From assembly GCA_946545015.1 (NCBI GenBank), contig CAMNMV010000002.1, positions 1 through 62,765 on the forward strand: a DNA stretch of 62,765 bases, written 5' to 3'. Numbering within the stretch: position 1 is the stretch's first letter; every line of letters begins with the position of its first letter. Source of the DNA: an uncultured Clostridium sp. (GTDB lineage Bacteria; Bacillota; Clostridia; TANB77; CAG-508). The position numbers and the translations under genes were made by a program. Shown here one piece after another: positions 29,001 to 38,571 of the stretch. The notes under the pieces are model-generated. The model had not been told where the DNA came from and ran no database searches. It worked only from the letters and a program-made list of their open reading frames with translations.

Positions 29001-31166
29001 AATGAAACAACACAAGGTACTTTAACAGTAGAAGCATCTGGAATAGATACTAAACAAATATCAACAATATCAAACAACATAGAAAGCTCAAGATTAAAAT
29101 TATTAATTAGAAATAATCAATCAGAAGATCTTCCGATTACAACTGATGATTATATACCAGTAGTATTAATATTAAAAAACATATTTAATAGTGATTTACA
29201 AAATGTAATAGTTGAAATGAAATTACCTGAAGGAAGTAATGTAAATATTAATGATTTAAATGAAGCAAAAGAAATATATCCAGATTTAAATTGGGATTTA
29301 GTAAATTATGATAAAGATACTAATATTATAAAATTTAAAATACCTAATATGACAGGAAAAAATGGAGAACATGAAGGAGAAACTGTTAATATTGGTTTTC
29401 CAATAATGTTTACTGATATTCCTGTAACTAGTGGTAATATTCCGATTGATATCTATTATGAAGCATATTTAGAGAGTGCTCCAGAAAAAAGATATATTTC
29501 TAATGAAATAAGAAAAGAAGTACTTCAGTTAAAAGCTGATGCTACTATTGAACAAACTACTTCATTAGAAGAAAATACAGTGTTAACAGAAGATGATGAT
29601 GGAAAAGAAATAACTTTTAGAGCAAAAATAACTAATACAGGTGTAACAGATTTTGTCGCAACAATAACAGATATGTTACCACATGGATATAAAGTAGACG
29701 AAGTATATATTGTTAAAAATGGAGAAAAAATCCAATATGAATTTGATAAAAGTTTACAAGATATTTCTATTGAAAGAGAATTAAAAACTCAAGAGTCAAT
29801 AGAGGTTTTTATAAAGACGATTTTTAGAATAAGTGATGTTAGAACTAGAACACCTAAAAATTTATTTTTAGTTAATGGACCAGGGTTAAGTAAAGAATCA
29901 AATGAAATTAAATGGGAAGTAGATTTGGGAGAAAATCCGGATTATATAAATGAAAGCATTACAAAAGAAGATGAAGTAGAAGAAAAAGATATAGATGTGA
30001 TTCAAGAAGAAACAAATGAAAACGATACTATCAAACCAATATCTACTGATGATGAGAGAGAACATAATAATGAAGAAAATGAAAATTTGAATGATGATCC
30101 AAATGGAAATGGTGAAAATAAAGATGATGAAAATAATAAAGAGAAGAGAACGATAACAGGAAAGGTCTGGTTAGATCAAAATAAAAATGGACAACGAGAC
30201 AATAACGAAAAAGGTATTGCAAAAGTAAAAGTTTTATTAGTAGATGCAAAAACAGGAGATGTTATTAAAAATGATAAAGATGAAAAAATTGCTGTTATCA
30301 CATCTGATGATGGAACTTATAAATTAGAAGGAATTGAAAAAGGTGAATATGTAGTTGTTTGTGATTTTGATACAAATAAATATAGAATAACAGATTATCA
30401 AAAAGAAGGAATAGATGAAAGCGAAAATTCAGATATGATAATCAAAGAAGCGGGAATAGGAACAGAAACGAAGAAAGTCGGAGTAACTAATAAAATTACA
30501 GTAGAAGACAATAATTACGAAAATATTGATATGGGATTAATTGAAAATGAAATATTTGATATGTCTTTAGAAAAATATGTAAGTAAAATTATTGTACAAA
30601 ATGCTCAAGGAACTATTGTTAAAGAATTTTCGAAAGCACAATTAGCTAAAGTAGAGATAGATAGAAAACAATTGGCAAATTCAGTAGTAACAATAGAATA
30701 TACATTAAATATTGCTAATGAAGGTGAAATATCTGGATATGCTGGAGACATTATTGATTATATGCCAAAAGATTTAGTGTTTGATCAAAATTCAAATACT
30801 GGATGGGTATTAGAAAGTGATGGAAACCTACATAATACTACTTTAGAAAATGAAGAATTAAAGCCAGGAACAGTAAAAACATTAAAATTAACATTAACTA
30901 AAACAATGAATGAAAATAATACTGGAACAGTAATAAATACAGCAGAAATTGGAAAAGCAACTAATGAATACGAAATTAAAGATATAGATTCAACTCCAGA
31001 TAATGGAGTACAAAAAGAAGATGATATGAGTACAGCAGAAGTAATTATATCAATTAGAACTGGTGAAGTATTAATTAGTGTAACAATTATTTTATCAATT
31101 GCAATATTAATTGCAATCGCGATTATACTAAAGAAAAGAAAGGAGGGGGAAAATGAAAAAGAATAA
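26094..31166 (+). CDS. Giant surface protein, A-type (module 2)
   Basis: Same architecture as A1. It has a signal peptide, DUF11-like units (GQTIRYEVTVKNNSQEDIENL, KEITFRAKITNTGVTD) and an acidic linker. ITGKVWLDQNKNGQRD and a conserved terminal domain follow. The protein ends EDDMSTAEVIISIRTG + TM + KKRKEGENEKE. Confidence 0.85.
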   Translation: MKGKILKVLLVLMIIASMTLINFLHTGMLIAYAAGENAEENSVEFNATINTENDYEGKLNIGQTGNLYINLKVSKGSLNDAKIQLKNSNFKMGKADSKYVTVNDSTKTIEFNANVQYGNNIKVKVPITFEQQSMIDENYFNRDTTVELAGTYVEGENSSNLNIQKNIKLGWEAKAETTLSTQIEKYVEISEGKYLIEQKVTATTVNNILPKQSEKVEITYGGENDKFPSEIVVLKNGKKLDGSKVTKDETNRKIVITTMNDVSTGKVLWDEGKDIYKVIYILEEEQPKTSILLNTLVSTKFYNSEELVEKADNKNDKAQELRIKGEIITTEAEGTKEQYKGYMYYAKANETLYSQKYSIEVSNVANEQVINFEQNGEDFIRGDGKKLETNNSTYFKNISLSKENINNVLGNNGHIDLICDGVTYRINANQEANENGYIVFGIDENNSRFSELKLTTSKVINEGVLDILVDKVVAGNTSYSKEELKQIAKIETNVKVQDQEVRTQTQLLDTVEPSAKLTIENDVISTINQENNNVKMYVTLNTSSNKYDLYKNPQIVVTLPREVEEFNFVHNELYAEGFRLTNEPKLQVNADGTKCIMFTFEGEQANYGNNAVEGLVIEISGNIRLNKLTPKMTKQISMTYSNENKNYQTYEKKADIKIVSKEGILTYTQVKGYNEAGETIETMSNELAEGTLDMDAESRNVRVNMAVINNYDKNVTNAFILGKLKTTYEGEITSPIQISGLEGAKVLYSTNVEEEVNSKNWTENYEGAKAYKIILPNGQLKSGQIMGFAYNFNVPENLEYNEIANAGYQFNYKYDDINNKISSVFKLATEEKTLTNQLKRIARNSNKTSNIYSVSEGVKLDVKAISALNELNDGDTVKEGQTIRYEVTVKNNSQEDIENLKLTARHTNAIFFVEKKEENVFGVTNGIPYNTYIDEDESVEKLEFELERLGAGEEKTFEYEFSVKEIEGENETTQGTLTVEASGIDTKQISTISNNIESSRLKLLIRNNQSEDLPITTDDYIPVVLILKNIFNSDLQNVIVEMKLPEGSNVNINDLNEAKEIYPDLNWDLVNYDKDTNIIKFKIPNMTGKNGEHEGETVNIGFPIMFTDIPVTSGNIPIDIYYEAYLESAPEKRYISNEIRKEVLQLKADATIEQTTSLEENTVLTEDDDGKEITFRAKITNTGVTDFVATITDMLPHGYKVDEVYIVKNGEKIQYEFDKSLQDISIERELKTQESIEVFIKTIFRISDVRTRTPKNLFLVNGPGLSKESNEIKWEVDLGENPDYINESITKEDEVEEKDIDVIQEETNENDTIKPISTDDEREHNNEENENLNDDPNGNGENKDDENNKEKRTITGKVWLDQNKNGQRDNNEKGIAKVKVLLVDAKTGDVIKNDKDEKIAVITSDDGTYKLEGIEKGEYVVVCDFDTNKYRITDYQKEGIDESENSDMIIKEAGIGTETKKVGVTNKITVEDNNYENIDMGLIENEIFDMSLEKYVSKIIVQNAQGTIVKEFSKAQLAKVEIDRKQLANSVVTIEYTLNIANEGEISGYAGDIIDYMPKDLVFDQNSNTGWVLESDGNLHNTTLENEELKPGTVKTLKLTLTKTMNENNTGTVINTAEIGKATNEYEIKDIDSTPDNGVQKEDDMSTAEVIISIRTGEVLISVTIILSIAILIAIAIILKKRKEGENEKE
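31050..31163 (+). other. A2 C-terminal sorting-signal-like tripartite tail
   Basis: SIRTG, then a hydrophobic helix, then KKRKEGENEKE. Confidence 0.5.
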
Positions 31167-34100
31167 GCAAGACTATTCTATAAAATATAAAATTATTTTT
31201 TGCCTAATATTTTTAATAGGAATAATATTAGCAATAGTAACTCAAGTAAAAGCAGGATTATTAACTGGTAGTTATGATTTTACAGGAAATGGATACATTA
31301 CTGAATTTGATTTTGGATGGGCAGCAAGAAATGACTATGATAAATTTTATAATTATGATTCGTCTTTAGATATGAGTTCTAGTAATTTGATTGGAAAATC
31401 AGTATATATGAATGTTGGATCTTTTGGCGAATGGGGAGCTTCTATAGAACAAAATAATTGTTTTTGTATAGGACATGGTACATCTCAGGCTATTCCTGGA
31501 TATAATCAGAATCAACCAACTTATAGAATAGAAACTATATGGGATACTGATATGGATGACAATACTCCTCCTGGAACATCTGATATATATATATATAATA
31601 ATTCAGGAACGGTATCAAGCTATAAGAATAGGTATATTGACAATAATGCTGGATATGCTTTAGCTAAATGGGCTGTTATAGCAAAAGAGACACAAGGTCA
31701 AACTTACAATTATCAAGCATTTTATAATGGACAGACTATAGGAAATTATTTAAATAAAGTAAAATCAATGGCTATTTCACCATATATTAAAATTGATGAT
31801 AATTTTGGATTTACAGAAGATGCTAATATGGTAGAATATGCAAATAGATTGCGTAATTATAATTTTGCTGAAGCAAAATTGAATGAAGCTAAAGGAGTAA
31901 ACAAAGTAAATGGAAAAATATATTTAGGACCATTTGGTATAAATGCTTCAAAAGATGAAAATGGAAAAGATAATATTTCTAAAGTTGTTGCTACAGTTAA
32001 TGGGGCTACAACGCAGATATTGGGATTTTCATCTACTAAAGGTGGAAGTTTATATCAAGCATATAATCAAATACCTTGTGACGGAAGTAAATTTTATGTG
32101 GTTATAAATAATATAGAAGATATTAATGGACTAAAATTTAAAATTACTATAACCAAAAGTATACAAGTAATAAGAGCAAGGACATTTTTCTTTAGACATG
32201 GTGGCTATACTACTAATGGACAAAACCTTATTGTGTATAGAGGGGATTTAAAACTTAAAGAAGATAAATTAGAATTAGTAGTTACAGGTGAAGAGGATGA
32301 AGAAGAATCAACAGGTATTCTTTCTATAATCAAAGAAGATGAATATACTAAAGAACTGCTTGGAGGAGCTAAATTTGTTGTTCAAAATTCTAAAACAAGA
32401 AAATACGTTAAAGCACAAAAAGAGACATCAAGCGGAAATGCAAATGTATTTAAATTTACTGGATATGTAAACAAATTAGATGAGGCTACTAAATTTTATA
32501 CTGACAATGGACATGGCATATTTAGATTGACAGGTTTAGAAGAAGGAAATTATCATATAACAGAAATTGAGAAGCCAGCAGGTTATTTGAAAGAAGAAAA
32601 TGAAGTTGATGTATATGTATATTCTGAGAAAAAATTGGAAGAAATATATAATTCTAATAATACAGGGTATGCTATTAAAGCTATGCTAGATGATAATAGA
32701 GAGTATCCAGAAATGTATAAGATTTTAAATGCTTTATTAGGAAGAAATTATAGTAATAATGATGAAATTTTTAATGCTGCACAAACAATAAAAGCAGCTT
32801 ATAACCAAGAAAAAGCAAAAAAAGGTTATGACAAAATGACTAAAGAGGAAAAAAATATATTCAATATTAATTTTGTAACGAATAAATTTGCAGATTATAA
32901 TATTGAGTATTCTGGATTGACTTCAATAAAGTTAAAGAATATAAAAAATCAAAATGAAGATACTAAAAAGAAATATATCGAAAATGTTTATGAAAAGTTA
33001 ATTAATTCAAAAATTAAAACTGGATTACATTATTTTTATTCAGAGAGAATGATAGGAAATGCGTCACAAATTATATATAATAAAATGAGTGGTAGAGCAA
33101 GAGTATATAAAGTTTCTCAAGATAATTCGATTGTGAAGTTAAAAGGAGCAAAATTTAAAATTCAAACACCATACTTATCATATTTAGTAGCTACAAAAGA
33201 TAGTAATGGCATATATAATGTTACAGGTACAAATGCAACAGGAACAATATTTGAAACTAATGATAATGGATATTTTGAAGTTAGAGGAATGGAGGAAGGT
33301 GGAGACTATTCTATAGAAGAAATAGAAGCGCCTGAAGGATATAAATTTATTGATACAAGTTCAAAGACTTTATATGTATATTCATATAATAGATTTTCAA
33401 ATGAAGATAATATAAAAAGAGCATTTAAACAAATGTTTACAAGTGTTAATTTGAATTCTAGTAAATATAGTAGTGAAGGGTATGCAATTTTAAAATCATT
33501 ATTATTAAATGATAATGCAACTGATTCACATTTAACAAATGAAAATGATATAGATACTATAGTTGATTATGTATTAACAAATAAAAAGAATACTATTGTT
33601 ACTTTATTAGATCATAATTATACTATTAATCAAATTATGAATGATGTAGCAGCTAACGCAAAGAGTGGAGGAAATAATACTGTTCTAGAAGAATATTTTG
33701 CACAAGTATATAGTAAATATTCTGGACAAAAAAGAAAAAGAGAAAATGCATATAATATTATGTATGCTACAAAAGCTTTAGGATATGATAGTAATGTTGT
33801 AGTAAATCCACTTGAAGATCAAAATGGTAATATAGTTATTTATAAGACAGATAAAAAAGATGAAACAAAGAAATTATCTGGTGCTACATTTAAAATTGAA
33901 AAAATGAGATTTGTTACTGTAATTGGCGGAAATAATAATCCAGTATACTTAAAAGCAACAAAGAAAAGTGATGGTATTTATGATGCAAGTGATACTTCAA
34001 ATCTTACAGATGAATTTGTAACAAATTCAAATGGATATATTCAAATTAAAAATATTCCTATAACTTCATCTGTACGTGAAATTTATGAAGTTGTAGAAGT

Positions 34101-37100
34101 ACAAGCACCATATGGATATAATATTAGTACAAGTAGTTCAAAAACTATAACTGTACAAAAAGAAGAAGCAAATAAAGGTTGGGAATTAAAAGATTTAACA
34201 AAAGCATTGGCAACTATGATATGGAATACTAAATCTAGTGATTCATCAACAATAAATGTTGTAGACATAGTTGATGCAGTTCAAGGCAATTCTCTTAATT
34301 CAGCAGTTATAGCAAATGAACTAATGAGTAAACTAGGAAAATCAAAAGTTACGACATATGATGAAATATATGATGTTATAGAATATGTAATAGAAGAAAA
34401 TCAAAGTTATGTTGTAGTAACAGTTGATAGTAGTGAAAAATATTTGTATAAGAGACACCAAAACTCTGCAATTAGCATGATTGATGCAATTCAAGCAATT
34501 AAACAAAATAAGAAAATTGGCGGTACATCAGTTAGTGATGGAAAAAAATATTTAAAAAATTATATAGCACAAGTTTATAATAAATTTACAGGAAAGAATA
34601 GAGATACTGAAAGTTTATATAATTTAAAATATTATAGTATAGCTTGTGGTTCAAGTGCTGAAACTTTTGCGAACAGTAAAGATGTAAAATTGAAAGTTAA
34701 GAAGACAGATTACAAGACAGGAAAAGGAATTAATGGAATTAAGTTTGCAATACAAAATACAGAAACTGGCAAATATCTAAAGAAACAAAATGATGGAACA
34801 TTTACATTTAGTGATACTCAATATTTATTTACAACTGCTAAAGTTGAAGGTGATGATGGAATTATATTATTAGAAGATGTTCCAGAAGCTACATATAAAG
34901 TAATAGAAATAAATACAGGTAATACAGGATATGAATTACCAGAATATGGAGATGATCGCTCATTATTAGTAAGCAGAGATTCTAAAACTAAAAAAATAAC
35001 TTCTATGTATGAATCAATACATATAGAAAATGGTATAAAAGAATTTCCTATGGAAAATGTTAAACCTAAAACTAGAAAATATCCACCAGTAACAGTTACG
35101 AAACAATTAAAAGTATCTGGAAAAGTATGGAAAGATATACCTACAGAACTTAAAGATAGAAATGTTAGAGATGATATTTATGGATCAAATGATCAATTAT
35201 TTGCAGGGGTTCCGGTTTCACTTGTACAAGATAGTAAAACAGTTGCAACTACTGCAACAAAAGCAAATGGCACATATACTTTGAATTTTGATTTAACAGA
35301 TGTAATTAAAAAAGTAAATAATGATAAAGAGGTAAAGAAGGCTAAAGAAGAAGCTGATAACTTCGAAGCAAGGGATTATACAGATGAAATAGCAAGATAT
35401 AATGAATACATTGAATACTATAAAGCTGATCTTAAAGCTGTTTCACAATATCCAAATCCAGAGTTAGTAAGACGTAGAACTATAATTGATAATGAAGCAA
35501 TATCAAAATATACAAATAGAATAAATGAATTAATTACAAGAATTCATGATGAGGATACATATCATGAAAATCTATGTAAAGTATATGAAGCTTTATTTAA
35601 TGAAAAATATAATCAATATTTATTAGAAGAACTAGGAAAATCTAAGATTATATTTAGATATAATGGTTTAGATTATACAAATGTTTTATTAAATAAAGGA
35701 AGTATTGATGAAGGTACATCATCTCTTGCAGCAGAAATACCAGACGAGAGAACTGAATTGAATACCGATTTTGGTACAGTTACAGGGGATTCTGAACAAA
35801 AAATTAGAGATAAGAAAATTGAATATGAGTTTTCTGAAGAATATGTAAATGTTAAAGAAAATGATACAATGAAGATAAATGCATATACAGCTGCAGCTAC
35901 ATTGAAAAATAGATATAATTCATTAAGTAATAAATCAAATAATGTAACTGAAATTACTAATATAAATTTAGGTGTATATGTAAGATCTAGACCAGACTTA
36001 TCACTTAGAAAAGATGTATATAGTGCTGAAATAACAATGGACGGAAAAGCATATACATATGTATATGGTAAAAAAGATGGGGAAGAATTAACAACAATTG
36101 GTGCTGCATTCGAAAGAAACATGATGTTAAGAGAAGATGATAAGTATCTTGCACCAGTATATAGAGCAGATGTTCAAGATGCAGGACATAATAATTTTAC
36201 TATGAAAGTAACATATAGAATTGCTGTTATAAATAATAGCCCTGTATTATATAATAAAGTTACAAAATTAGAAGATTATTATTCATCAAGATATAAGATT
36301 GATGCAGTTTATACAGGAACTAAAACTCAAAAAGGTGCAAAAATCAAAAATTTAACAGATTCTACTAATACTGTTGAAAAACATGTTACAATAGATGGAT
36401 TAAATTTAAGAATACCAAATTCAAAATCACCTGAAGGTAATGCTAAATATATATATGTAGATTTCTATGTAAATCCTATAAGCTTGGATATGTTTGATAC
36501 AGATTTAGAACTACATAATACAGCTGAAATATCAAATTATTCAACATATAGTAATGATGGTTATACTGAATTTTATGGTGGATTTGATATCGACTCTGTG
36601 CCAAATAACTATAAGAAAACATACAAAAATCACGATGCTAGAAGAGAAGATGATGTTGATGGCGCACCTGGATTAAAAATTACAGAAGCCACTCCAAGAA
36701 AGTTACAAGGAACAGTATTTTTAGATGAAGATATTGATGGAATAACAGGAACAGGTAAAGAAAGATTAGGTGACGGTATATTTAATTCCTCTAAAGAACA
36801 AGGAATAGCAGGTGCTGAAGTTATATTAGAGGATACAAAAAATGGAAATAAATTTACTGTTCGTACAGATGATGCAGGAAAATATACATTTAGTGATTTT
36901 CCTGTAGGAACATATACTTTAACATATAAATGGGGAAATAAAACATATAATCCATTGTATTATAAATCAACAATTATCAACAAAGGATTTAATCCAACTG
37001 ATAAAATAAACTGGTATCAAAATATAGATCCTAATAAAGCTTATTCAGTAGCTATTGATGACGAAGAAACAAGAATGAATATTGATAAGAATAGTACTAC

Positions 37101-38280
37101 TAGATATAAAGATATGCTACAAAATAGTGCTGAAGCAGTAGAAACTATGACTTCAAAGGCAATTCAAGATGTTGAAGTAGAAATGTTGTTGAGAGATAAA
37201 AATAAAGTAAAATATGAAGTAAAAAATATTAATTTTGGTATAATTGAAAGACCAAGACAATCTATGAAAATAACTAAAAATATATCACACATAAAAGTAA
37301 TGGATGATTATGGAACTGTTATTGATGAATCAGATATTGAAAATGGAAAATTAACAGCAGAGAAAATGAACTTTACAGTTTATATTCCAAAAGGACAAGC
37401 ACTAAATCCATATGGACAAGTAAAAACTGAATTAGACAAAGAATATTTACCAGCTAAAGTTGAAGCAACTTATGAAATAAAAGTTGAAAACAGAAGTGAA
37501 CAAGATTACTTCAAAAAAAATGAAAGTGGATTATCAGAATATTATAAATATGGAACAAAAGGTGTTGCAGGCGAATCACCTGTAAAATTACAAGCGACAG
37601 GTGTAATGGATTATGCAAGCTCAGCATTTGTTATAAGTGATATTAAAGAGGATAACGGAAATGTAATATCAGCTGATGATTATTTGATTGAAGATAAAGA
37701 TTATTATAAGAAAGTTGCTGAAACTACAGGAGTAGAATACCAAGATAATAAAACATATACAACAGTTATTGAAAAAGCTTATCAAAAACTTATAGAAACA
37801 ATTGGTAAAGATTCTTCAAAGATTTTAACATATGAATGGGCAACAGATGAACAAACAATAAGAGGAATATTCTCACAATGGTGTGATGAAAAAATTGATA
37901 CTGAAGAAAAAGCAAGAACAAATAAATTAAGTCAAAATAAAATCTTAGAATTAAAATGCTTAGAAGGTGCAGAGTTAGCTGCAGGTTATGCTAAAGCAGT
38001 TACAATCAAAGGTTCAATACCTGTAACTTCATTAAATAGTGATGTATTATTACAAAACCAAGCTGAAATACTTAATATTGATAAAACATCAACATTTGGT
38101 CATAAATCATATGAAACATATACAACATTGTATGATCAAGGTGAAGAAGTTAAAGTAATACCACCTACTGGTGAAAATAAAGATAATTCAGATATGATTA
38201 TAATTGCAATATCATCAATAGTTGGATTATTAGTAATAGGAATTGGAATAATATTTATCAGAAAAAAGGTTTTAAGATAA
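31153..38280 (+). CDS. Giant surface protein, B-type (module 2), with three helical inserts between SpaA/Cna-B-like units
   Basis: The ATG overlaps the A2 3' end by 14 nt, with aaggagg 6 nt upstream. Prealbumin-fold-like units include GNYHITEIEKPAGY, GDYSIEEIEAPEGY, YEVVEVQAPYGY and ATYKVIEINTGNTGY. Other landmarks are SGKVWKDIP and FGIIERPRQ. The C-terminus reads PPTGEN + TM + RKKVLR. Confidence 0.85.
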   Translation: MKKNKQDYSIKYKIIFCLIFLIGIILAIVTQVKAGLLTGSYDFTGNGYITEFDFGWAARNDYDKFYNYDSSLDMSSSNLIGKSVYMNVGSFGEWGASIEQNNCFCIGHGTSQAIPGYNQNQPTYRIETIWDTDMDDNTPPGTSDIYIYNNSGTVSSYKNRYIDNNAGYALAKWAVIAKETQGQTYNYQAFYNGQTIGNYLNKVKSMAISPYIKIDDNFGFTEDANMVEYANRLRNYNFAEAKLNEAKGVNKVNGKIYLGPFGINASKDENGKDNISKVVATVNGATTQILGFSSTKGGSLYQAYNQIPCDGSKFYVVINNIEDINGLKFKITITKSIQVIRARTFFFRHGGYTTNGQNLIVYRGDLKLKEDKLELVVTGEEDEEESTGILSIIKEDEYTKELLGGAKFVVQNSKTRKYVKAQKETSSGNANVFKFTGYVNKLDEATKFYTDNGHGIFRLTGLEEGNYHITEIEKPAGYLKEENEVDVYVYSEKKLEEIYNSNNTGYAIKAMLDDNREYPEMYKILNALLGRNYSNNDEIFNAAQTIKAAYNQEKAKKGYDKMTKEEKNIFNINFVTNKFADYNIEYSGLTSIKLKNIKNQNEDTKKKYIENVYEKLINSKIKTGLHYFYSERMIGNASQIIYNKMSGRARVYKVSQDNSIVKLKGAKFKIQTPYLSYLVATKDSNGIYNVTGTNATGTIFETNDNGYFEVRGMEEGGDYSIEEIEAPEGYKFIDTSSKTLYVYSYNRFSNEDNIKRAFKQMFTSVNLNSSKYSSEGYAILKSLLLNDNATDSHLTNENDIDTIVDYVLTNKKNTIVTLLDHNYTINQIMNDVAANAKSGGNNTVLEEYFAQVYSKYSGQKRKRENAYNIMYATKALGYDSNVVVNPLEDQNGNIVIYKTDKKDETKKLSGATFKIEKMRFVTVIGGNNNPVYLKATKKSDGIYDASDTSNLTDEFVTNSNGYIQIKNIPITSSVREIYEVVEVQAPYGYNISTSSSKTITVQKEEANKGWELKDLTKALATMIWNTKSSDSSTINVVDIVDAVQGNSLNSAVIANELMSKLGKSKVTTYDEIYDVIEYVIEENQSYVVVTVDSSEKYLYKRHQNSAISMIDAIQAIKQNKKIGGTSVSDGKKYLKNYIAQVYNKFTGKNRDTESLYNLKYYSIACGSSAETFANSKDVKLKVKKTDYKTGKGINGIKFAIQNTETGKYLKKQNDGTFTFSDTQYLFTTAKVEGDDGIILLEDVPEATYKVIEINTGNTGYELPEYGDDRSLLVSRDSKTKKITSMYESIHIENGIKEFPMENVKPKTRKYPPVTVTKQLKVSGKVWKDIPTELKDRNVRDDIYGSNDQLFAGVPVSLVQDSKTVATTATKANGTYTLNFDLTDVIKKVNNDKEVKKAKEEADNFEARDYTDEIARYNEYIEYYKADLKAVSQYPNPELVRRRTIIDNEAISKYTNRINELITRIHDEDTYHENLCKVYEALFNEKYNQYLLEELGKSKIIFRYNGLDYTNVLLNKGSIDEGTSSLAAEIPDERTELNTDFGTVTGDSEQKIRDKKIEYEFSEEYVNVKENDTMKINAYTAAATLKNRYNSLSNKSNNVTEITNINLGVYVRSRPDLSLRKDVYSAEITMDGKAYTYVYGKKDGEELTTIGAAFERNMMLREDDKYLAPVYRADVQDAGHNNFTMKVTYRIAVINNSPVLYNKVTKLEDYYSSRYKIDAVYTGTKTQKGAKIKNLTDSTNTVEKHVTIDGLNLRIPNSKSPEGNAKYIYVDFYVNPISLDMFDTDLELHNTAEISNYSTYSNDGYTEFYGGFDIDSVPNNYKKTYKNHDARREDDVDGAPGLKITEATPRKLQGTVFLDEDIDGITGTGKERLGDGIFNSSKEQGIAGAEVILEDTKNGNKFTVRTDDAGKYTFSDFPVGTYTLTYKWGNKTYNPLYYKSTIINKGFNPTDKINWYQNIDPNKAYSVAIDDEETRMNIDKNSTTRYKDMLQNSAEAVETMTSKAIQDVEVEMLLRDKNKVKYEVKNINFGIIERPRQSMKITKNISHIKVMDDYGTVIDESDIENGKLTAEKMNFTVYIPKGQALNPYGQVKTELDKEYLPAKVEATYEIKVENRSEQDYFKKNESGLSEYYKYGTKGVAGESPVKLQATGVMDYASSAFVISDIKEDNGNVISADDYLIEDKDYYKKVAETTGVEYQDNKTYTTVIEKAYQKLIETIGKDSSKILTYEWATDEQTIRGIFSQWCDEKIDTEEKARTNKLSQNKILELKCLEGAELAAGYAKAVTIKGSIPVTSLNSDVLLQNQAEILNIDKTSTFGHKSYETYTTLYDQGEEVKVIPPTGENKDNSDMIIIAISSIVGLLVIGIGIIFIRKKVLR
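38161..38277 (+). other. B2 LPXTG-like sorting signal
   Basis: IPPTGEN, then a hydrophobic helix, then RKKVLR. Confidence 0.55.
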
Positions 38281-38285
38281 AATTT

Positions 38286-38321
38286 AAAAGAAAGTAGAAA
38301 TTAAATTCTACTTTCTTTTTT
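38286..38321 (+). terminator. Rho-independent terminator of module 2
   Basis: gaaagtagaa / ttctactttc 10-bp stem (extendable by A-T pairs), followed by tttttt. Confidence 0.8.
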
Positions 38322-38335
38322 CTTAGGGAAATAAG
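38322..38335 (+). promoter_or_regulatory. CTTAGGGAAATAAG motif copy (exact)
   Basis: Exact 14-mer abutting the T-run of the module 2 terminator. Confidence 0.5.
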
Positions 38336-38379
38336 GCAAAAAGAGAAAAATTGAAAAAATTCAGTTTCAAAATTTAGAA

Positions 38380-38399
38380 ATATTACAAAAAAGTAATAT
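38380..38399. promoter_or_regulatory. Palindromic candidate operator in the module 3 leader
   Basis: ATATTAC aaaaaa GTAATAT is a perfect 7-6-7 palindrome. Confidence 0.45.
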
Positions 38400-38571
38400 A
38401 AACTTAAAATAAGATTACAAAAAATTAGAAAAATAGCTTCCGTAAAGGGATTTTGAATGATGCTTGTAATATTTACTATTATAGTAATATAGAGGGGTTG
38501 ATTAATTTTTTTCAAAATAATAATATAAAATCAAGTGTAAATGCTTAAAAAATAAGTAGGAGGAAACAAAA

